Shown here: one piece after another, positions 54,056-64,000 of the stretch
How positions within the stretch are numbered: position 1 is the stretch's first letter
Layout: each line of letters begins with the position of its first letter
Source of the DNA: Octopus sinensis
Taxonomy: Eukaryota
Direction of reading: 5' to 3'
Assembly: GCF_006345805.1 (NCBI RefSeq)
Contig: NC_043000.1
Span: 78,120,001 to 78,184,000 of the forward strand
DNA length: 64,000 nucleotides
Made by a program: the position numbers and the translations under genes
Notes under the pieces: model-generated
What the model was told of the DNA's origin: nothing
Databases searched by the model: none
What the model saw: the letters and a program-made list of their open reading frames with translations, nothing else

Positions 54056-54436
54056 GGGTCTTCCTATGATGCTAATATGCAGTGTCTGTGCAAGACCTTG
54101 CCTCAGTAAAGCTGGACTCAAGAGTCATCTTCGTAGTCATAAAGTGAGAAAGATGAGTGACAACCTGGCCACTGGTGGTGTTACACACCATACTAATCAT
54201 ATCTCTCAGGCATGTGGAAGAGAGTGTAATTCAGCAGGAGGACTTAAACGACATGCAAATGTACATGAAGCCCAGCTACAACTACAGCCGGCTATTACCG
54301 GTAAAGCTTTTAGTTGCCAATTCTGTACAAGACATTGTAGATCTTTGGCTGGGCTAAAAAGTCCCATTCGATCACAGCACCAGTAACAGTTAAGCTTCGT
54401 GCAATGGCCATACTCGATAACGAGGGGGCAGCCATA
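54056..54436 (+). mobile_element. 3' end of an RTE-like LINE encoding three C2H2-like fingers
   Basis: CSVCARPCLSKAGLKSHLRSH, ACGREC..GLKRHANVH and CQFCTRHCRSLAGLKS, then a short hairpin 3' UTR. Flanked by (TA)n. Confidence 0.6.
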
Positions 54437-54554
54437 ATATGTGTGTATATATATATGTTTATAAGTATATATATATGTATATATATATACATGTGTATAT
54501 GTATATATATATGTGTATATATATGTATATATACGTTTGTAATATATATATATA

Positions 54555-56245
54555 CTAGCTTAAGGTGACCCGCTCTACGCGCGGGTAAGAGTGTGGTTGT
54601 TATTTTCTGTTGCATCCTTTCGGCACGTAAAAAGCACCATCCGAACGTGGCCGATGGCAGCGCCGCCTCGACTGGCTTCTGTGCCGGTGGCACGTAAAAA
54701 GCACCAACCGATCGTGGCCGCTGCCAGTGCCCCTCCCCCGTGGCACCTGTGCCGGTGGCACGAAAAAATCACCCACTACAATGACGGAGTGGTTGGCGTT
54801 AGGAAGGGCATCCAGCTGTAGAAACACTGCCAGATCAGACTGGAGCCTGGTGCAGCCTCCTGGCTTCCCAGACCCCGGTCAAACCGTCCAACCCGTGCTA
54901 GCACGGAAAACGGACGTTAAACGATTATGATGATGAATCTCCCTCTTTGTTTCTCTCTCCTTTCTCTTTCCCTTTCCCACTCTCTTACTCTTCCTTTGTC
55001 TCGGACTCTCCCTCGCTTTCTCTTACTCTCAATCTTTCTCTATCTATCTCTCTCCCATTTATAAACAACAAAAGATCTTGAGTAAGTTGAGAAAGAAAGT
55101 AGTTTGAAAGATCAATCATGAATATCAGACAGTGACAACGGAAAGGTCTGCTTCAAGGCAGAAGGCAAAACACTAACATTTAAAAGGGACAGACGAACTT
55201 GCGAGCTGAATAAAAATAAAAAAATATTGGAAACCAAAGTTTGAAAGGATAGAATCTGAGGATAGTAGAGTCACCATGGCTGGCATTTCTTAACGACGGA
55301 CAGTAACATAGTGGCAGTGTAACGGCTGGCGTAAAATTTTGAACTTGATGTAAAAGAAAATTCCTAAACACCAAGCTTTGAAGTGATTCTTTCTCACGAC
55401 AGTAGACTCACCATGGCAAGCATTCAAAACTTCTTCATCATGGACGGCAACACATTGACGATTTAAAGGCTGGCGCAAATTTTTTAGCGTGATGTAACAG
55501 AGAATTCCTAAACACCCGCTCCTGTAAATTTTAATCCCCTTCAAGCCCCATTTAGACCTCTTTTCACATTTTGGTTAATTTAACCCGATTTCATTCGAGT
55601 CTTCTCGGGTCACATTTTATAAGATGAGGAATTTTGTCCTAGAGGCCACGCCTTTCATTTGAGGAAAAAAATAGTTGCCATGCAAACTCGCCAGCACTTT
55701 TAACATAGGTGTGCATATGTATATTACACTTTTTAATACTTTTTGATAGTTATATATATTTTAAAAAAATTATAAATATAAATTAATAATTTTAATTTTA
55801 AATTTAAATAATTTCAATTTTTAAATTTTATATTTTATATATTTTGTATATTATATTTTTAATTTTATGTTTTCGTTTATGTTTTTCACTGTTTGATTTG
55901 GTTAATAGTGGTTTTATCTCTAATTTAATTTATATATATATACTTCATAAATGAGGGCAAAGGAAAAAAATTCTAAAGCCAAATATGCCGAAAAATTGGA
56001 CATATTGTCCATTAACCATATAATTTTTTCACAATACGCACGCTACCCGAAAAAAGGCTGACAGAAAATTCTAAAAAATTCCATTATTACCATATCGGAC
56101 CGATTTCAGAGTTGGCTACTAAGAGCCCTCTCTTCGTCAGTGATACATGTGGTAAAAGAAATAAATGAGATACTTACTCATACCCATGGAAGAAGCAAAT
56201 ACTAACTCATGGGCACAACTAAGTACGCCAAATGAGATAAATTTA

Positions 56246-56279
<34 letters not shown>

Positions 56280-56357
56280 CTATATATATATAGTTATTTG
56301 TATACATTTGTATATATAATGCATACACACACACACACACATATATATATATAATGC

Positions 56358-56397
<40 letters not shown>

Positions 56398-56420
56398 ATA
56401 TATATATATATATATATACG

Positions 56421-56460
<40 letters not shown>

Positions 56461-56605
56461 CGCATTCTATATATATATTATATATAGAACACACACACAC
56501 ACACATATATAAATTAACCCAATGAATATCTGATTCATAATATTTGTTCTCATAATTGTGTGGTCGTAGTGGCGATGATAATTCTGTCTATGAATGCAGA
56601 CAGAC

Positions 56606-56691
<86 letters not shown>

Positions 56692-57075
56692 TGAAAGCGC
56701 TGTCGAGGGCGGGGAGGGGGAGATACAGAACGCCGTTTGAGGACGTTATAAAGAGAAAGTGAAGGTAAGGGAGATAGACGCCGTGAAACAACGTTATATA
56801 CTGAAAGTGATGGGAAGGGAGGAAAGAGAGTGAGTGACGGAGGAAAACAGATACATAAAAGAATGAGAGTCGTCTTGTCAAAGTGCGTTTTTGGCCCTAG
56901 CAACGACACCTTTTAAGATGGGGATTTCTAACCTAGCCCACTGGCATCGTCACCTCATTTTACATGTCCCTGTAAATTTTGGAGTCAATCCGACGGGATC
57001 TAGTGGCCTTTAACCCGTTCTCAATGACAAAACCAGACAAACAAACAAACTTTTCGCATTTCAGTTTTATAAATA
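54555..57075 (-). mobile_element. Probable ~2.5-kb non-autonomous Helitron (family C) with a nested SINE and microsatellites
   Basis: A-CTAG at 54555 next to the hairpin acccgc-tctacgc-gcgggt. The far end has a gtaaattttggagtcaatccg..acaaacaaac..ttttataaatat motif like families A and B. Confidence 0.55.
54608..54935 (+). mobile_element. RTE-related SINE-like element
   Basis: Three ggcacg(t)aaaaa repeats, ggcgttaggaagggcatccagctgta, and a 3' end ggaaaacggacgttaaac(gat)n. Confidence 0.65.
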
Positions 57076-57236
57076 TATATATATATATATATACATACGC
57101 GCATATATATATACATACGCGCATATATATATACATATATATTTATATGTATGTATATATACACATATATTTGTATGTATATATCCACATAGATGTATAT
57201 ATACATATACCTATATATGTATATATGTATGTATAT

Positions 57237-57268
<32 letters not shown>

Positions 57269-57414
57269 ATATATATATATATAATATATATATATATATA
57301 CCGGAGTAAACACATAATGTGAAACAGGTGAAACCAGTGAAACTTGATAATATTTGGGCCTCAACATAGCCAACCAACAGGTTCGCATAATATTTACTTA
57401 TAAATATTTACATG

Positions 57415-57529
<115 letters not shown>

Positions 57530-57775
57530 TATATATATATACACATATATATATACATATATACATATATATAAATATATATGTATAAATATGTATGTAT
57601 ATACATAAATATACATATATATGTATATATATAAATAGATGAGTGTATTTTTACCTTGTTAACAATTAACACGAAAAATAAATAAATAGTTACCAGGGTA
57701 GCAAAAATCTCACAAGAGGTTGTAACTCCTTGTTTATAAAGGTAGAAACTTCGTGTTTACGTGGAATTTTTGTAT

Positions 57776-58101
57776 AATATATGAATAAATAAATGGAGTT
57801 AACGCAGGTGTAAATCAAATATTTTACTTTCGAGACATGTTTCTGTAAGCTACTTATGGCGTTATATCATATAACGTTTTTTTAAACAATATTAATAGCG
57901 TTCAGTTAATCGCTGTACAAATCCATCATTTTTGCTAAAATGTCTTATTGACGAGTTTCATTTTTTTCACTTTCCTGAAGAGAAGATTGCATTGTTTATA
58001 CCATTTATTCTTTTGAATAGTATCAGTGGAATTTTCGAAACATGTGTTGAAAGTAAAATATTTGATTTACACCTGCGTTAACTCCATTTATTTATTCATA
58101 T
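57776..58101 (+). mobile_element. Short Penelope-like remnant with ~65-bp inverted ends
   Basis: 57776-57843 is the reverse complement of ~58037-58101. It contains a hammerhead fold. Confidence 0.55.
57969..58054 (+). ncRNA. Type I hammerhead motif with an enlarged stem-loop II
   Basis: ACTTTC CTGAAGA GAAGATT [~41 nt] AATTTTC GAAAC ATGT GTT GAAAGT. Confidence 0.65.
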
Positions 58102-58164
58102 ATGTATATATATATTTATGTATATGTATATGTACATATATATGTATATATGTATGTATATATA

Positions 58165-59425
58165 CAAGGTGGGGAAGCAAAATTTACAATATTTTGAAGC
58201 AGGGACTGAAAGACAGTGTATGACCAATTAATTTATTGAATGTCATGAGAATTTATTTGCCACAAGAAAATTTACATAATAGAAAATGTTTTTATTCTAT
58301 GTCCCCCCCCCCTTCTTTCTCAATAACTGCCTTCACACGCTTCCTGAAACTTGCACGAGTGTTCCTCAAATATTCGGGAGACAACTTCTCCCATTCTTCT
58401 TTAATAGTATCTTTAAGAGAGTCGGCATTGATCGCCCCAAATAGCATAATCCAGAGGGTTTATATCTGGGCTAGAAGGCGGCCATAAACATGATTCCAAA
58501 AAATTGCTAAAGTTAGATTTGCAGAAATCTTGTATTTTTCTAGCTATGTGGGTTGGAGCACCATCCTGTGTCCATACATAATTGCTATTCAGGTAGTTTG
58601 TTTTAAGCCATGGCAATACCTGGTATCTCAGAGTCTTATAGTAAGTATTAACATTGATCTTTTCATCAGCTTTGTAGAATTTTATAAGCATTATCTTTCC
58701 ATCGGAAGCCACGACACCAAAAGCCATAACTTGAACAGGATGTTTTGTTTTGAATGTCCCCTTAACCTCAGCTGTTGATTTTGCAATAAATCTGTCATTT
58801 CTGCGGTTCAGAACAGCATTGACAGTGAAGATCTTTTCATCTGAAAAGATCGTTACAATGGAGGACTTTTTCTTGAGCCATGTAATAAATTTCTTGCACC
58901 TTTCCAATCTCTTTTCGTTCATAGCTGTTGTCAACAAGTGTTTTGGTGTTCTTGTGTAAGATTTTAACCTCAAATCATATTTTAGTGCATTTCTAATTGT
59001 CTTGTTGTCTACTCCAAGTTCAATTGCCATTTTACTCATGGATTTGGTTGGATCTTTTAGGATTTTGGATTTGAGAGCTTTAATAAAAGCTTTGGTACGT
59101 TTTTTGTTCATTCTTCCACTTCCAGACTTCCTCTTAATAGTTTTGCTCATAGTCATTCTATTCTTTACATTATAAACAGTCTTTATGGACACTCCAACTA
59201 TTCTTGAAATCTCATTTGGTGTGACGAGTGCATTCAACAAATCACACACTCTTTGACTTTTGCTTTCCTGATTACTCATATGGGCAAAAGTTTCTGAATA
59301 GGTAATGATAATAGTTTTAGGTATGATTATGACATCCATATAGGCTAGATTTCAAAACAATTGACTTAGTGCCTGCTGAGAAAAAACAACTTAACGTTTA
59401 TTGTAAATTTTGCTTCCCCACCCTG
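58165..59425 (-). mobile_element. DD37D (maT-type) Tc1/mariner transposon
   Basis: ~27-bp TIRs ca(a/g)ggtggggaagcaaaatttacaata with TA TSD. Confidence 0.93.
58295..59279 (-). pseudogene. DD37D transposase, open to YAIWG then deleted/frameshifted
   Basis: FSDEKIF, QDGAPTH and WPPSSPDINPLDY, with 37 residues between the last two Asp. The C-terminus resumes in another frame. Confidence 0.9.
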
Positions 59426-59524
59426 TATATATACATAGATATACATATATATATATACACTTATATATACATATATGTGCGTACATATATGCATATATAT
59501 GTATGTATATATATATATATATAT

Positions 59525-59556
<32 letters not shown>

Positions 59557-59753
59557 GTATATACATGTGTTTGTATACATATATATGTATACATATATAT
59601 GTATATATAGATATATGTATATATATGTCTTTGTGTATATATATATATATATATACATATATATGTATGTGTATATATATACACATATATGTATGTATAT
59701 ATATATATATATATATACATATATATGTATGTGTATATATATACACATATATG

Positions 59754-59797
<44 letters not shown>

Positions 59798-59970
59798 TAG
59801 ATAGATAGATATGTATGTATATATATAGATACATATGTATGTATATATATAGATACATATGTATGTGTATATATATACACATATATGTATGTATATATAT
59901 ATATGTATATATATATATACACATATATATACATACGTACACACACACACACACACACATATGTACTCAC

Positions 59971-60009
59971 CTCCTCTTCCATGTCCCTCAGCGAGGCTGA
60001 CTTCGCCAT
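59971..60009 (-). CDS. Candidate first coding exon of a host gene ([13 protein letters not shown])
   Basis: aaacATGG Kozak context, 13 GC-rich codons and a consensus donor GAG|GTGAGT. Confidence 0.4.
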
Positions 60010-60053
60010 GTTTGCTTTTTAAATTAATTTTTCGAAACAAAATGAACATTTTT

Positions 60054-60391
60054 TACATTAGTTACATTCGACGGATATTTGTCCTCATCTTGTTTGCTGT
60101 TAACACAACGTTTCGGCTGATATACCCTCCAGCCATCTTCAGGTGTCTTGGGGAAATTTCGAACCTGGGTTCTCATTCCTAAGGTATTTTTCGATGTTGT
60201 TGTTGCTGTTGTTGTTGTTGTTATTGTTATTATTATTAAGCAACAACTACCCCAAAAGTATACTATCCACTCCAATTATGAAGAAGAGAGAGGATGAAGT
60301 CAAACAACAAACAAAATGAGGACAAATATCCGTCGAATGTAAATAATGTAAATAATGTACATAATTCCTCATCTCTGAAATATATAGCTGT
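60054..60391. mobile_element. Second insertion of the hammerhead SINE-like family, with inverted 5' part and 15-bp TSD
   Basis: Body on the minus strand at 60054-60240 and forward 3' end at 60303-60391. TSD aaaatgaa(c/t)attttt at 60039-60053 and 60392-60406. Confidence 0.75.
60102..60147 (-). ncRNA. Minimal type I hammerhead ribozyme motif (intact core)
   Basis: GACAC CTGAAGA T GGCTG gagggtatat CAGCC GAAAC GTT GTGTT. Confidence 0.75.
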
Positions 60392-60606
60392 AAAATGAAT
60401 ATTTTTAATTATTTCTCAGATTTTAGTACCCAAATGTGCACCAACAACGAAAACAACTAGACCCATGCAAAGGTGGTGGTTTTGACAAACGTTTTGTAAC
60501 AAAATAACCAATGACCAACTTTTGGAAACAGAATTAAGAGCGAAACACGAGCGAACAAACACGGGCATTCCGTCAGATTGAATAATAATAATAATAATAA
60601 TAATCC

Positions 60607-61052
60607 GGTGCTCCTTTGGCGTGTGATCTACAAGGGAGATTACTTTAGGTTACTTTTTAGTTTACTTTTCAATTTCTAAATACCCGTAAGATGTTGGCTA
60701 AAGATTTTAAAAATGAGAACAGCAACGAGACGAAGAGTTGCATTTTTACAAGAAACCAGCACTAAATTCACATCATTTCTTAAGAAAAAGAAACGTGCCA
60801 CTTTGCTGTGTGACCTACAATTTAAAAGAAGATTACTTTAGGTAACGTTTTAGCTTACCTTTTGTTAGGGTTACTTTCCGTGTGATCTACTTTTGTGGAT
60901 GATCTACGCGCTTATTTTAATTATCAGATGGTTTTCTTGTTAAAATAGTAAGAATTTTGAAAAGATACATTTACAATGCTAAATATGTACAAAATTATTT
61001 AAAAAGTAACCTAAAGTAGTTTCCCTTGTAGATTACACGCCAAAAGAGAACC
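60607..61052. mobile_element. MITE with ~50-bp imperfect TIRs
   Basis: ggtgctcctttggcgtgtgatctacaaggg..ttactttaggttacttttt and its reverse complement, with internal gtgtgatctac repeats. Confidence 0.75.
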
Positions 61053-61056
61053 AAAA

Positions 61057-61170
61057 ATCCTTTCTCCTAAAGGCACAAGGTCTGAAAATTTGGGTAAAGG
61101 AGCCAGTCGATTACATCGATCCCAGTGCATAAGTGGTACTTATTTCATCGGCGTCGAAAGGATGAAAGGC
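61057..61170 (-). mobile_element. SINE 3' fragment
   Basis: aggcacaagg..gtcgattacatcgatcccagt..aaaggatgaaaggc. Confidence 0.7.
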
Positions 61171-61370
61171 CAGTCATGTCACTTTTCTTTTTATACCGAC
61201 AATGGGGTTTAACTATGGAATGACTCGGTTGTCTTCAGAATATCGATGTCCATGCAGATCCCACTGTACTACATGTCGATTTTGGTTGCGTTAGCGCTCA
61301 CAAACTACTTTTATAGCATCAATAAATTGACTTAGGTCAATATCGCTGTCAATATCTCTGGTTGTCTTAC

Positions 61371-61582
61371 GGCGGCGTGCTGGTAGAATCGTTAGCACGC
61401 CGGGCAAAATGCTTAGCAGCATTTCATCCGTCTTCATGTTCTGGGTTCAAATTCCGCCGAGGTCGACTTAGCCTTTCATCCTTCGGGATCGATAAAATAA
61501 AGTAACAGTTGAACATTGGGGTCGATGTAATCGACTTATCCCCACCCCTGAACTTGCTGGTCTTGTGCCAAAATTTGAAATC
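61371..61582 (+). mobile_element. tRNA-derived SINE
   Basis: tggtagaatcgttag A box and ggttcaaattcc B box; same family as 4153-4368. Confidence 0.8.
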
Positions 61583-62221
61583 AATATCTTTGGTTGTCTC
61601 GTGCCTTTTTATTTATTGTAGCAGAAACCCGTGAGCATCAATTCAAACTATTGCCTTACCTTATAATCGGTTTCGAAGACTAAGCATAGAGTCTCATATG
61701 TTCTTTCTCAGTCGTTGGAAACAAGAATATTCCATTTATCAGTTGCAACTTCTTTCGACTGCTTCTTTGAAGGCGTACTGAGCCTCTCTATTTAATAGAA
61801 AGAGAGTTTAAACTTTTATTCTAAGAAGATAAGGGGTCTGAGAGTTTTGTGACATACGTGTCATAATTTCTTTATTTTGTTCATGAGAGTCGACTCTATT
61901 CAGATTTACTTTTACGCAGGCAATATTAGCATAAGATTGCTATTTTTGTGACCGTCTTCATTGATGTTTGTCTTTAGTGAAATTGTTTTTTTTTTCTGCG
62001 CTATGAATATATCTGTGCTTGTTTGATTAAGTGTTGTCAGTTTTTCTTCCTGCGTGCCAAATTTGATTTTTAAGTTCATATTCGTGTTTTAAAAAAATTA
62101 GGAGACATGTTCAAAATTTTTGAGGCAGACGAAGAAGAAAACAGTTACACAAAGCTAATATTTACAAAATATAACAAAAATGTCCAACAACGAACAAGTG
62201 ACAGATAAATATTTCAAAATT

Positions 62222-62270
<49 letters not shown>

Positions 62271-62327
62271 GCTACTACTACTACTACTACTACTACAACA
62301 ATAACAACTACAACAACAACAACAACA

Positions 62328-62395
<68 letters not shown>

Positions 62396-62740
62396 CACTA
62401 CTACTACTAAGAAGAAGAAGAAGAAGAAGAAGTATTAGTAGTAGAAGAACAATAACAACAACAAACACTAATCTGACTCTTCCTCAGAATTATGTTTGAA
62501 CACATTTGCTTTCTCCTCAAGCACAGCAACAACAATAACAATTGGATAATGATGATGATGATGATGACAACGACGATGACGATAATGATGATGATGATGA
62601 TGACGACGATGACGATAATGATGATGATGATAATGATAACGACGACGACAACGATGATGATGATAATGATGTCGATGAACATCATCATCGTCACCGCCAC
62701 AATCATAGTCATTATCGTTACCACCATCACCATCATCCCA
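62222..62740. repeat. (TAC)n/(AAC)n/(GAA)n/(GAT)n microsatellite cluster
   Basis: Directly visible. Confidence 0.95.
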
Positions 62741-62828
62741 AAGCATCAACCCCTACCAACAGCAGCAACAATAATTTGCTGTATCAATATATCCTAACAA
62801 CCTGCCCATCGAATAATTTACAGCTGAA

Positions 62829-62868
<40 letters not shown>

Positions 62869-63150
62869 TAGCAATCATCATTGTTAAACATTTAGAAGGC
62901 TATTATAGACTGATATACAGTTTATATGCAGTCAACAATTGATATTTCGTCACCACAAAAGTCGTATTCATAGCTTGTAAAGCAACAAATAAACCTCAAG
63001 AAATGCCGTATATACTTATTAATTGTAACTTATTTGTTGTGACAGCGACTCAAGTTTATAGATCAGAGACGGGAGATAGATATGAAAACAAAGTAAAATG
63101 TTACTAATGCAACATCGCAACATTTCAGAGAAAGATAGAGAATAAGAGTT

Positions 63151-63254
<104 letters not shown>

Positions 63255-63429
63255 AATGAATGAATGAATGACTAGCAGCATTGAAGTGAGAAAGGGGAAA
63301 TAAAAAACAGCTACATCTCATGTATTTTTGAGAAAACTTCATAAAAGCTGCAGACTTCATACATAGTAAATGTCGTTTGTCTTTGGAGGAATTTCTGAAT
63401 TAGAACCTGTGGGCTTTTAATTAGTTTTG

Positions 63430-64000
63430 CTGAAAGAAGTGGCCTGAAGCAAATATGATATGGAAACGAACCAGTAGATTAACCGGTTGGAAAGTAGAAA
63501 AGAAAATTAAACCAGCAAAAAGCACTTGGGTTAAATAAAGACATAAAGAACTAGTAACAAATCATAAAATAAATAATTCCAAAAAAATCTAACCAAAGAA
63601 TGGGTAACTAAATGCGAAGTTGTTAATGAAAAATATGGCAACGTTCTAACCAAAACAAATGGAGAAACTGAAAGATGGAGAGAAGACTGCGAGGAAATTT
63701 ACAGTCACAAAACGGTAGTAGATAGTAACGTGTTAACATAATTAAGGAAAGAAATTTCCTTTAATATACAGAAAGAAACACAAATGATATCAGATGTTGC
63801 ATAAGCATTTACAATACTAAAATGTGATAAATCACCTGGAACTATATAGAACTATTAAAGTAGATGAGGTGCTTATGTCACTGATGTTTTTTATGAAATT
63901 TGTGATGATGTTTTATACACTGGAGCATGGAACTGAATTAATTGTTATAGCACAACAAAGCAAAAAAAAAATAAAATAAAAAAAAACACCATGTGTGAAA
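63430..64000 (+). mobile_element. Very decayed RTE-like LINE fragment
   Basis: Residual ETERWRE and LKCDKSPG motifs of the pre-RT region. Confidence 0.4.

Noticed and set aside
54623-54770. Repeat-spacer-like ggcacgtaaaaagcacca units
   Set aside because: These are internal repeats of a SINE-like element in eukaryotic DNA, with related spacers and no cas genes. Not CRISPR.

Overview
AT-rich, microsatellite-saturated eukaryotic DNA. The SINE, LINE and repeat content resembles a cephalopod (octopus-type) genome; this is an inference. There is one 100-N assembly gap and no complete host gene; most listed ORFs are microsatellite artefacts. Mobile DNA dominates: a full-length frameshifted Tx1-clade LINE inserted in a SINE head with a 16-bp TSD, a co-oriented pile-up of R4/Dong (RLE) LINEs in (AAT)n tracts, RTE, CR1-like and Penelope-like fragments, two Tc1/mariner transposons, MITEs, non-autonomous Helitrons, a solo LTR and many tRNA-SINEs. 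The most notable signal is a set of hammerhead ribozyme (HHR) motifs in five unrelated non-coding elements: (1) a 352-bp tandem dimer with two canonical type I HHRs at 45.1-45.8 kb, retrozyme-like and predicting a 352-nt monomer/circRNA; (2) a tRNA-headed SINE-like element with an HHR; (3) a ~460-bp palindrome with U3-A8 variant HHRs; (4) and (5) two Penelope-terminal-repeat-like HHRs. Two short candidate host exons are flagged at low confidence. All folds were paired by eye and nothing was computed or searched.
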